DNA from: an uncultured Acidobacteriota bacterium
Lineage (GTDB): Bacteria; Acidobacteriota; Thermoanaerobaculia; Multivoradales; JAHEKO01
Assembly (NCBI GenBank): GCA_963713825.1
Contig: CAVQNG010000003.1
Coordinates: 1,568,001 to 1,632,000 of the forward strand
DNA length: 64,000 nucleotides
Reading direction: 5' to 3'
The translations under genes were made by a program, and so were the position numbers. This document shows positions 10,905 to 19,278 of the stretch, piece by piece (position 1 is the first letter of the stretch; every line of letters begins with the position of its first letter). The notes under the pieces were generated by a model that worked only from the letters and a program-made list of their open reading frames with translations, had not been told where the DNA came from and did no database searches.

Positions 10905-11942
10905 ATGAAGGTCATTCAATATGTAGATCCAACCGGTCAGACGATGGTGGCCAGGGTCCCACAACAGGGAACCGATGCCATCAAGATCGGCAGCCAGCTG
11001 ATTGTCGAAGAGAGCCAGGAAGCGGTGTTCTACCGTGATGGCAAGGCCCTCGACACGTTTGGTCCGGGACGCCACACCCTGGCGACGCAAAACCTGCCGT
11101 TCCTGACCGAGTTGCTCGGAGTACCATTCGAGGGCAAGTCCCCGTTCCAGGCAGCGGTCGTCTTCGTGTCGACCAAGACTTTCCTGGATCTCAAGTGGGG
11201 CACGAAAGAGCCGGTTGTCTACCGCGACAGCGAGTTGGCAATGGTGCGACTGCGGGCGTTTGGCAAGTTCGCGGTACGGATTGTCAATTCCCAGGTCTTC
11301 GTCAACGGGGTCGTCGGCACCATGGGCGTCTACACGACCGACGGCGTGGAGTCCTACTTCAAAGACGTCATCGTCGCCCGTTTGACCGATGTGCTGGGCG
11401 AGAACCTACAGTCGATCTTCGACCTGCCGCAGGTCTATGACGAGCTGTCGATGGCGCTCAAGGCCCGCGTTGCCGAGGATTTCTCGAAGTATGGCATCGA
11501 GTTGGTGGACCTCTACCTTGGCGCCATCACGCCGCCGACCGAGGTCCAAAAGCTGATCGACGAACGTGCCGGCATGGCGGCAGTGGGTGATATGAACGCC
11601 TACCTCAAGTTCAAAGCCGCCCAGGCCATGGGTGATGCAGCACAGCAGTCGGGAGGTGAGACTGGAGGCGGCGTCGGGGCCGGTCTCGGAGTTGGCATGG
11701 GGGCGGGAATGGGCATGATGCTGCCGCAGATGATGAAGGAAGCGATGACCGATTCCAGTGGCAGCCAGGCTGCGCCTGGTGAAGCGCCGGCCGAGGGCAA
11801 GCCTCAGGCGACCGACGAGGGTGCAGTCCCCGCAGCTGCGGGGACGGCAGCCGCGGCTGCGGCTTTCTGCCATTCCTGTGGTGGCAAGCTGCCAGAAGGC
11901 GCCCGGTTCTGTCCCAGCTGTGGCACCAAGGCTGCCGAGTGA
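10905..11942 (+). CDS. SPFH/band-7 domain protein (YdjI-like) with C-terminal zinc ribbon
   Basis: GSQLIVEESQEAVF..DGK.LD.FGPGRHTL and KWGT motifs, Gly-rich linker, CHSCG...FCPSCG; AGGAGG SD. Confidence 0.9.
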   Translation: MKVIQYVDPTGQTMVARVPQQGTDAIKIGSQLIVEESQEAVFYRDGKALDTFGPGRHTLATQNLPFLTELLGVPFEGKSPFQAAVVFVSTKTFLDLKWGTKEPVVYRDSELAMVRLRAFGKFAVRIVNSQVFVNGVVGTMGVYTTDGVESYFKDVIVARLTDVLGENLQSIFDLPQVYDELSMALKARVAEDFSKYGIELVDLYLGAITPPTEVQKLIDERAGMAAVGDMNAYLKFKAAQAMGDAAQQSGGETGGGVGAGLGVGMGAGMGMMLPQMMKEAMTDSSGSQAAPGEAPAEGKPQATDEGAVPAAAGTAAAAAAFCHSCGGKLPEGARFCPSCGTKAAE

Positions 11943-12006
11943 TCGCAAGACGACTGCGGAAAGAGTCCGTTGTCGAAGCCTGTCGACCGACTCGAGACAT
12001 TTTTGA

Positions 12007-12771
12007 ATGCCGCCGGAAGTGAACGATAGTCGCTTCGTTTGCACACAATGTGGTGGCGAAGGAGCCCTGGAGTCGGGGCAGCGTTTCCTGACATGCCGTT
12101 TCTGCGGGGCGACGCTGTTCGTCGACCGATCGGGCATCGTAGGGCACTACCGACTGCCGCGTCTGTTGGGAGCGGATGAGGCCAAAGCGGCCTGTCGACG
12201 GTGGATGGCCGGCAATGAGACCGTCAGGGATCTCGACACCAAGAGCACGATCGAGTCGATCGAAGCGGTCTCATTTCCGGTCTGGCTCTTTCGGCTCCAG
12301 GCCCAAGGTGGGGAGGAGGTCGTCATCGAGCCGGCGGCGGCCACGATGATGCCGCAGCTGGCCGATCTCAAGTTGCCTGCCGGTGAGCTCGAACCATTTC
12401 ATGCCGATGAAGAAGGGGTCACCGCTGTACCAGAGACGATTCCGCTGGAGACTGCGCGTGGGTGGCTAGAACAGCGCGGACAGGGACACCTGACCGAGAC
12501 TGCGTTGGTTCGTCTGCCCTTGTGGAGGTGCCGGTACAGCTTCGAGGGCGACACCTACCAGGTTCTGGTAGATGCCTCCACCGGTGCCGTCATGGCAGCT
12601 GTCTTCCCGGAGAAGGCGGAGAGTCCCTACTATCTCGTGGCCGGCCTCGGCCTCGTGCTCTTTGCCATCGAGGGGTTGGCAATCACGAATCCGGTCGTCA
12701 AGTTCGTCGCTTACGCGATCACTGCCGTGCCTCTGGTGTTACTTGCGTACTGGGTGGCTCGCAAGATATGA
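12007..12771 (+). CDS. Zinc-ribbon membrane protein, uncharacterised
   Basis: CTQCGG...CRFCG, PLWRCRY...YQVLVDASTG, two C-terminal TM helices. Confidence 0.8.
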   Translation: MPPEVNDSRFVCTQCGGEGALESGQRFLTCRFCGATLFVDRSGIVGHYRLPRLLGADEAKAACRRWMAGNETVRDLDTKSTIESIEAVSFPVWLFRLQAQGGEEVVIEPAAATMMPQLADLKLPAGELEPFHADEEGVTAVPETIPLETARGWLEQRGQGHLTETALVRLPLWRCRYSFEGDTYQVLVDASTGAVMAAVFPEKAESPYYLVAGLGLVLFAIEGLAITNPVVKFVAYAITAVPLVLLAYWVARKI

Positions 12772-13892
12772 GTGGGGCCACTGATTCCACTGGTGGGACG
12801 CTGGCACCCGATGAGGGGGTCGAGTCCGGGGTCTCGGGGCGGGTCGAGGGTCTGGGTTGTCCGAGTTGTGGAGGCACCCTCGACGTCGTCACAGGTCTGC
12901 GGGTGGTCACCTGCCCCTATTGCGAAAAGTCGCTGCTCGCCAGTCCGGAAGTGGGGGTTCGGCGCTGGGTGGTCAAGCCCCGACTCCGTCTCGACAAAGC
13001 CCGCGACATCGGCAGGCGCTGGCTATCCAAGGGATGGAACAAGGACTCGAGAGTCGGGCGTGAGGCCGAAATTGGCGAGACGATTCTTTGCTTCGTGCCG
13101 TTCTATCGGGTGGAAGCCGACTGTATCGGATTCGCTCTCGGCACCGAGGAACGCCGTCGATCGCGCGGCTCCGGAAACAAGCGCCGCGTCGAGGTGGAAG
13201 AAGTCGATGTGGAGCGCTCGGTGGCCAAGAGCTACGATGCTACGTTTCCCGCCCTCAATGTAGCCGAATGGGGTATCCAGAGGATCGATCTGCAGGGTGA
13301 TCAACTGGTGCCCTACGACAGCGTAGCGCTCGAGAGCCACGGAATGGTCTTCCCTCCTACGGGTTCGGAGACCATCGTCAAGAAGTCTGCGATCGAGCAG
13401 TTCAAGTGGCAGTCGGACCCGGCTCGCGGCCTCAAGAAAGTGCGATTCCGCTTCCTCGAGACCCTTCGGGAGCGCCTCAGTGTCATTTACTACCCTCTCT
13501 GGGTCGTGCGGTATCGCTTCAGGAATCGCTCCTACCAGGTGCTCGTCGATGCCGAAGACGGCACCCTGGCGTACGGCAAGTCCCCCGGCAACGACCTCTT
13601 TCGGGCGGCGATGCTCGTTGGGTCTCAAGCCGTGGCGTTGTTCTTCGGAACGACTGCTCTGCAGTTTGTCGGTGGTAGCCCCATGGGACTGCTCGTGATC
13701 GGCGCCGCCACAGTGCTGGCTCTGGCTTGGGGCTGGAAGCGCTTTCGCCACGGTGGAGTCGTTGTTGAAGGCTCGGGGGTCGACCCGGAACTGGATCTGG
13801 GTGAAGCTTGGAGCACACTGACGGACCAGAATACGCAGGAGCAGCTGCTGCGTGACCTCATGCAGGGGCGTCTGCCGGGGAGCGGTCGATGA
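12768..13892 (+). CDS. Zinc-ribbon membrane protein, uncharacterised (paralog of the upstream gene)
   Basis: ATGA overlap; CPSCGG...CPYCE, YYPLWVVRY...YQVLVDAEDG, two C-terminal TM helices. Confidence 0.8.
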   Translation: MSGATDSTGGTLAPDEGVESGVSGRVEGLGCPSCGGTLDVVTGLRVVTCPYCEKSLLASPEVGVRRWVVKPRLRLDKARDIGRRWLSKGWNKDSRVGREAEIGETILCFVPFYRVEADCIGFALGTEERRRSRGSGNKRRVEVEEVDVERSVAKSYDATFPALNVAEWGIQRIDLQGDQLVPYDSVALESHGMVFPPTGSETIVKKSAIEQFKWQSDPARGLKKVRFRFLETLRERLSVIYYPLWVVRYRFRNRSYQVLVDAEDGTLAYGKSPGNDLFRAAMLVGSQAVALFFGTTALQFVGGSPMGLLVIGAATVLALAWGWKRFRHGGVVVEGSGVDPELDLGEAWSTLTDQNTQEQLLRDLMQGRLPGSGR

Positions 13893-14515
13893 GCGGCGGG
13901 GCCGATTTTGCGCTGATACCGCTGGACTGTCCCACCTGCGGGGCGGGAATCCAAGCCCGCGGCGAGGACATCGTCTACTACTGTACGGCGTGTCGCAACG
14001 GCTATCTCCTCGACGAATTGGACTGGGGCCTGCATCGGATCGAGACGACCTTTGTGGCGGCTGCCCATATTCAGGCGCAGGAGTACAGGCCCTTCTGGCT
14101 CTTGCCTGCGACGATCAGATTCACCCGCCGGCAAGCCAGCGGCGGTGGATTCACGGGGCTCCTACGCTCCTTCTTTGGCGCGGAAGGGGTCGAGGATGTG
14201 GCGGGCGAAGGGATCTTCGCAGTGCCGGCATTCCATGCATCGCTAGAGTCTGTGACCCGTCTCGTCCGCAGCTACACAGAGGGTCTCCCAGAATTGAAAG
14301 AGAGGCTCGGAGAGCGGCTCTTGGGGGGGTGCTACGGCAGGCAGGACGCCGAAAAGCTGGCCCACTATGCTCTGATTGCCACCGAAGTGGCGAAGCCCGA
14401 CATGCTGCAGGACTTGCAGTACGAGCTCGAGTTCGGTGAACCTCGCCTTCTCGGAGTGCCGTTCTACAAGAAGGCCGATGCAACGCTGGACGCATTCTTC
14501 AATATCGAGGTCTGA
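13889..14515 (+). CDS. Zinc-ribbon protein, uncharacterised
   Basis: ATGA overlap; CPTCGA...CTACR, YRPFW motif. Confidence 0.75.
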   Translation: MSGGADFALIPLDCPTCGAGIQARGEDIVYYCTACRNGYLLDELDWGLHRIETTFVAAAHIQAQEYRPFWLLPATIRFTRRQASGGGFTGLLRSFFGAEGVEDVAGEGIFAVPAFHASLESVTRLVRSYTEGLPELKERLGERLLGGCYGRQDAEKLAHYALIATEVAKPDMLQDLQYELEFGEPRLLGVPFYKKADATLDAFFNIEV

Positions 14516-14636
14516 TCGTCCTTTACCCTGAGCTCGTGTCCTGGCAGTGGCTTGCAGGCTGTTGCCCACCTGGTTGCCGGGTCTGTTGGCAAGGGTGCAT
14601 GGGGATGACGAGACTCTCAGAAAGGCAAACGAAGCA

Positions 14637-15473
14637 GTGAGCGAAATCGAAAGTGTGAACATTGACGGCGTCGAGCTCTATCTGGGCTCTGCGGTAGAGC
14701 AGGTGCCGCCTTGGATCGGACAACGGGAAGTCCTGATGCAGCTGCTGGCCGCTTGGTCTCGGGTCGAACCGGCAGATCTGCCGCTGAACCCCCGCCTGCT
14801 GGGCAAACCGGGTGTGGGCAAGACTACTCTCGCGTGTGCCGCGGCACGAGAGCTGAGCCTCGATATCTATATCGCGCAGGCCACCATGGACACCCGTCCG
14901 GAAGATCTCATCGTCTCGCCGGTCCTGGCACCCGGTGGCGGCGTTCGATACATGGCTTCGCCCTTGGTCTGCGCCATGGTCCGAGGGGGCGCCCTGATCC
15001 TCGATGAGGGAAATCGCATGAGCGAGAAGTCGTGGGCCTCGCTGGCTCCGCTGCTCGATCATCGCCGCTACGTGGAGAGCCTGGTAGCAGGAATTCGCAT
15101 CCCGGCGCACGACGACTTCCGCTTCGTGACGACCATGAACGAAGATGCCTCGACCTACGAGCTGCCCGAGTACATCCACTCGCGGCTGATGCCGCAGATC
15201 TACATCGACTTCCCCGAGGAAGACGAAGAGAGGGAGATTCTCCGCGCCCAGGTGCCGTTTGCTGACGGGGAGGTTGTCGAGTACGTCTTGTCATTCCTCC
15301 GGGCCGCACATGATCGAGACCTCCGCTACACCGTTCGCGATGGCATCAATCTGGTCCGCTACGCCATGAAGGTCCTCAAACGGGGTGAAGCCGAGAGTGC
15401 GCCGGATGCCGTCGATCTGGCCTTGAGACTCTCTGTGGGTGACGACCAGTTGGAGGAGTTCGAAATCTCGTGA
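14637..15473 (+). CDS. MoxR/CbbQ-type AAA+ ATPase
   Basis: Walker A GKPGVGKT, Walker B LILDEGNR, FRFVTTMN sensor I; start estimated at GTG 14637. Confidence 0.88.
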   Translation: MSEIESVNIDGVELYLGSAVEQVPPWIGQREVLMQLLAAWSRVEPADLPLNPRLLGKPGVGKTTLACAAARELSLDIYIAQATMDTRPEDLIVSPVLAPGGGVRYMASPLVCAMVRGGALILDEGNRMSEKSWASLAPLLDHRRYVESLVAGIRIPAHDDFRFVTTMNEDASTYELPEYIHSRLMPQIYIDFPEEDEEREILRAQVPFADGEVVEYVLSFLRAAHDRDLRYTVRDGINLVRYAMKVLKRGEAESAPDAVDLALRLSVGDDQLEEFEIS

Positions 15474-17476
15474 CCCGGTCGAATGACGCTGACGCCGAGC
15501 TGGACCGGGTGGCTCCGGAGGTGAGGGAGGGCATTCGCCTGGTGCCGGTCGTTCACGAGCGCATCGAGCTGGCCAGTGTGGCGCGAGGAGTCTTGGAGGC
15601 TGTGGAACCGGCGGCGGTAGCCGTTGAGCTGCCGACGACCCTCCGAGAGGCCGCAGCCCGGGCCGTCGGGAGGTTACCGTTGATTTCTCTGGTGATCTCG
15701 GAGGAACCGGGGGAAGAAGCGCTGGTGTGGGTCGTGGCGCCCGGTGACCCCCTGGTGGAGGCCATCCGGTGGGCACTCGATCACCAGAGGCCCTTCCTCT
15801 GTATCGACCCCGATCTCTCCTACGAGGAACGACACGCCGACCGGGTTCCAGACCCTCACGCTCTGTGGCAAATGGGCGTCGGCGACTATCTCCAGAGCCT
15901 GCGACAGGGTCTGCGCAGCGGTGGAGTGTCCGCAGTGGATGATCGCCGAGAAGCAGGAATGGCCTTTCATTTGCGACAGGCGCAGGAAGAGATCGCGGCA
16001 CCGATCGTGGCATTCGTCGGGGCGGCCCACCTGGAGGGCGTCCGATCTCGGCTCGATGGACCACTGGCACACCCGTTCGCACGGACCCAGCGCAGCCGGG
16101 TTCTGGTGCGGCACCTGGCTCCCGACAGTCTCACGGCATTGCTGCCAGACGCTCCGTTGGCACACGCCGTCTGGGAGCGGGTCCGAGAGGGTCAGGCTCC
16201 CACTGACGCGGAGCTCGGATCCACCCTCTCGCGGCGCCAGTCTGTGGTGCGCTTCGGTCTTCGTGTTATCCATGGGGAGCGGGGAAGCGACGAAGCTGAT
16301 CGGAGCGAGAGGCTCGTGGACTATGCCAGCAAGCACGGCACCCGAGAGGGCTTCGGTGGCGGAGTCGCTCCGGACAGGGCCCGGCTTGGCGGTGTTGTCT
16401 GGCGGATCGCGGCAGGATCGTACACCGAGCAGACCGGGGAGACCGTGGCCGCCTGGCAGAGGAGACTGTTCTTCGACTTTTCGAGGCGCTGTGCCAGGGT
16501 ACAAGGCAATCTGATGCCAGGTCTCTACGAATGGGTGATCGCGGGACGGGGTGTCGGTGATGACAACCTGGCCTGGGAGATCTTCGATGTCTCTCGAACC
16601 TTCCCTTGGCAAGAAGACCAGGCGGAGATCGAGACCGTTTCCGTCGATGGAGAGGAACTGGATCTCGGCACTCGCAAGCTAAGGTTTCGGCGCCGTTTCC
16701 TGCGCGTCAAGCAGCGGCCCGTTGCCATCCCCGTTCGGGAGCACCCTCATCCCGACAGCCCGGAGGATTGGTTGCGGGCTTTCGATTCGACCGGCCTTTG
16801 CTCCTATCCTCCCGAAGACCTGGTGATCGAGGACTACGGGCGTTTTCTGCAGCAGAAGGCCCTGTCGGTGCTGTCAGCCGAACGCAAGAGGACCGAGCCC
16901 TTCGTTTGTAGCCTGTTGGACGGGATCGACATCCGAGAGACACTCCGCAATGTCCATGAGGACCGGATCTATGTGGAGGAGAAGGGCCGAGTGCCGGGAG
17001 ATGCGGGTTCGGTCGTCGTCGTCTTCGACCGCGACGTGGACAACGAGCGCTACCCCTTTGCCATGACCTGGCTGGGGGAGCATGATCAGGAGTCGGACAT
17101 GGCGTTCTATGCCACGAATCCGGCAGATCAGGTGGTGGGTCCCGGCATGATGCGGGCCACCTACGGCGGGTTCGTGCTGACCCAACCGAGAGGCAGGCTG
17201 TCCGACGTCTGGTCGGATCCGGACTATCGATTCGCCCGCAGCAGGGCGGAGATCTTGCTGATGGCGGCTATCGACTACAGCCTCGAGAAGATCGTGGTGC
17301 ATCTGGCCTCAGACCCTCCCGTCGAGAGACTGCGCCAGTACGCCGCCGTCCAGGGCAAGCAGATCCTCCACATTCCCCTAGCCTCGCTGTCTCCCGTGAC
17401 ACTCAAGAAGATCCGTGTCATGCACATCCTCGCCGGCCACGACAAGCGCGCCATGGCCAAGGACTACATCTGGTGA
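15470..17476 (+). CDS. Hypothetical AAA+ partner: TraB/Tiki-like N-terminus and degenerate VWA-like C-terminus
   Basis: GTGA overlap with the ATPase; VAVELP, RREAGMA and FVGAAHL motifs; later GIDIRETLRN...VVVVFD. Confidence 0.75.
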   Translation: MTRSNDADAELDRVAPEVREGIRLVPVVHERIELASVARGVLEAVEPAAVAVELPTTLREAAARAVGRLPLISLVISEEPGEEALVWVVAPGDPLVEAIRWALDHQRPFLCIDPDLSYEERHADRVPDPHALWQMGVGDYLQSLRQGLRSGGVSAVDDRREAGMAFHLRQAQEEIAAPIVAFVGAAHLEGVRSRLDGPLAHPFARTQRSRVLVRHLAPDSLTALLPDAPLAHAVWERVREGQAPTDAELGSTLSRRQSVVRFGLRVIHGERGSDEADRSERLVDYASKHGTREGFGGGVAPDRARLGGVVWRIAAGSYTEQTGETVAAWQRRLFFDFSRRCARVQGNLMPGLYEWVIAGRGVGDDNLAWEIFDVSRTFPWQEDQAEIETVSVDGEELDLGTRKLRFRRRFLRVKQRPVAIPVREHPHPDSPEDWLRAFDSTGLCSYPPEDLVIEDYGRFLQQKALSVLSAERKRTEPFVCSLLDGIDIRETLRNVHEDRIYVEEKGRVPGDAGSVVVVFDRDVDNERYPFAMTWLGEHDQESDMAFYATNPADQVVGPGMMRATYGGFVLTQPRGRLSDVWSDPDYRFARSRAEILLMAAIDYSLEKIVVHLASDPPVERLRQYAAVQGKQILHIPLASLSPVTLKKIRVMHILAGHDKRAMAKDYIW

Positions 17477-17950
17477 TTGGGGGGTTGAGGCATCCGGTGC
17501 GTTGCACCGGCTGATCCTTGAAGGCTTGGGGGTTGAGCCGGCAGCACTTCGTGTCGGCCGTTCTTTGAGGGCCTGGGGGTTGAGACGGCCGATCGGACCA
17601 GGGATCTCCCCCGTCTGCGGTCTCACCCGACCATGCCCCTCCGACGAGGGAGACCCATGGCCCGATCTACCACCTTCGACACACATCAATCATCGGATTG
17701 CTGACTCACTCCCTACGCCCTTAAGCCCCTACTACCCTCACCGGTGCCAGAGGTTCGCGCGGGTGGTTCGACAGGGGGCGCCGAGTCGAGCGCAGCGCAA
17801 GGGCCACGATAGAGCACCACCAATGGGGCGCGATGACGAGACGATGTGGCGGCCCCCCATTGCAGTCTGAGTCGCCGACACCGTCCGCCTGCGGACCACC
17901 CGAACGGACCTCCACGCGATGATAGTCGCCAGTTCAGGACCCAAGCCCCA
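17461..17950 (+). repeat. Modular structured intergenic repeat, copy 1 (A array, B, C, D, tail)
   Basis: Aligns by eye with copies at about 25.5, 35, 47.2 and 59.5 kb; fills a convergent gene gap. Confidence 0.95.
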
Positions 17951-17996
17951 AAGATCAGCTGGAAGGGACGCCCGGCTGCTTCAGCCAGTTGAGCTT

Positions 17997-18758
17997 TCAG
18001 CTCAACTGGCCGTAGTAGACGTGCGTGTCGTACTCGATGTTGACGTGATCGTCGACTTCGTGGGCTTCGAAAATTTCGCGCAGGGCTCGCAGCATGTCCG
18101 TATGGCGAGGATGATTCGGACCAGGGGTGTAGGAAGACGACAGGAGGCGTGCCTTCAAACCGTCGAAACGGAAGCTCTGGTGGTTGTCGAAGGCGGCGGT
18201 TGCATAGGTCTCACTGCCGTAGAAGGCCTGAATCTCCTTGGATCCGATCCGAGTGTGATCCACCTTTTCGTAGTCGGTTCCGTAGGCCAATAGCAACTCT
18301 TCGTAGGCTTGCAGAAATGGGCTACCCAGCTTTCTGCGATCGTTCCAGATGAGAACCACCCATCCTCGAGGCCGCAAGATTCTGGCGAACTCGCGGCGTG
18401 CCGCCTTGGCGTCGAACCAATGGTAGGCCTGGCCGGCCGCAATCAGGTCAGCGGAATCGTCGGGCAGCCCAGTGTCTTCGGCGGTGCCGTCGAGGCTGGC
18501 GAAGAGGCGGTAGGTTGCCAGCAAGGCCTCCCCGGCGCGCCGCATTTCGACGTTGGGCTCCACCCCATAGACTCGACAACCGTTGTCCAGGAAGAGTCGG
18601 CTCAGAATTCCGGTTCCAGAGCCGATGTCGGCCACGGCCCATCCCGGTGTGAGGCCGCATTCGACTTTCAAGAGCTCTGCGACTTCCTGTGGGTAGGCGG
18701 GCCGGGAGCGGACATAGCTCTCGACACGCCGGCCGAATCGATCTGCTGGTTTCGTCAT
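17997..18758 (-). CDS. Class I SAM-dependent methyltransferase
   Basis: VADIGSGTG motif I, GVEPN, AGQAYHWFD. Confidence 0.92.
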   Translation of the reverse strand: MTKPADRFGRRVESYVRSRPAYPQEVAELLKVECGLTPGWAVADIGSGTGILSRLFLDNGCRVYGVEPNVEMRRAGEALLATYRLFASLDGTAEDTGLPDDSADLIAAGQAYHWFDAKAARREFARILRPRGWVVLIWNDRRKLGSPFLQAYEELLLAYGTDYEKVDHTRIGSKEIQAFYGSETYATAAFDNHQSFRFDGLKARLLSSSYTPGPNHPRHTDMLRALREIFEAHEVDDHVNIEYDTHVYYGQLS

Positions 18759-18838
18759 GGTCCTCGTACTGGATGAGCTGCCACCGTCTTCGAGCAGGTA
18801 GCTCGTGTGCGGCGGCCTGGCCTCGGTCTGATTCGGTC

Positions 18839-19186
18839 CTACGGATCCTGTTCGGTCAGGGCGACCTTCAGCGCTTCGACATCTTCGGGCGTCAGGTCGA
18901 GAAACTGCAGCCCGACATCGTAGGACGCCGCTTCGCCTTCCGGTAGCTCCTGAACCCAGGCAACCTCCGTCAGGAGGGTCAGTGTCGACTCGTCCGGGAG
19001 CCTCAGCTCGACCTCAAGTCGCCGCCCAGGCTGCATCGGATCGTCGCTGTAGACCCGAACACCGCCAAGACCCAGATCGATGGGCTGCCCACCCTTCGCG
19101 GCCAGTGGTCCCACTGGGCGGCAGTAGGCCGGCACCTGCAGCCGAGGATAGCGCCTTCTCTCTTGGCGTTGCGCTTCGTCAGTCAT
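18839..19186 (-). CDS. Stand-alone PilZ domain protein
   Basis: ERRRYPR (RxxxR) and DLGLGG (D/NxSxxG-like) motifs; C-terminal GLQF. Confidence 0.85.
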   Translation of the reverse strand: MTDEAQRQERRRYPRLQVPAYCRPVGPLAAKGGQPIDLGLGGVRVYSDDPMQPGRRLEVELRLPDESTLTLLTEVAWVQELPEGEAASYDVGLQFLDLTPEDVEALKVALTEQDP

Positions 19187-19278
19187 GATGTTGCTCGAAC
19201 TCTCGCCCTTCGATTCAACAAGAGTTTACCATCTGAGCTCGAGGCTTCGGCACCAGGGTTGTGGCCGCCGGCCCAAGG

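Noticed and set aside
12462-12767. N-terminal extension of the 476-aa ORF
   Set aside because: Overlaps the upstream gene; the ATGA-coupled start at 12768 is more plausible
14542-14556. Sigma54-like TGGCAGTGGCTTGCA upstream of the AAA gene
   Set aside because: GG-to-GC spacing is 9 nt rather than the required 10
17479-17590. CRISPR array interpretation of module A
   Set aside because: Only 2-3 degenerate linkers per locus, a short 45-49 nt period, palindromic and partly related spacers, and no cas genes or AT-rich leader
17750-17912. Group II intron remnant, tRNA or known riboswitch
   Set aside because: No domain V (AGC/CGC triad hairpin with GNRA loop), GUGYG start, cloverleaf or aptamer consensus recognised by eye; needs cmscan to exclude formally
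17415-17944. ORFs in the repeat copies (e.g. 17415-17870, 25533-25820, 34670-35164, 47317-47589) sharing peptides like VVRQGAPSRAQRK
   Set aside because: Similarity only reflects the DNA repeat; starts, stops and frames differ between copies and indels are not frame-preserving
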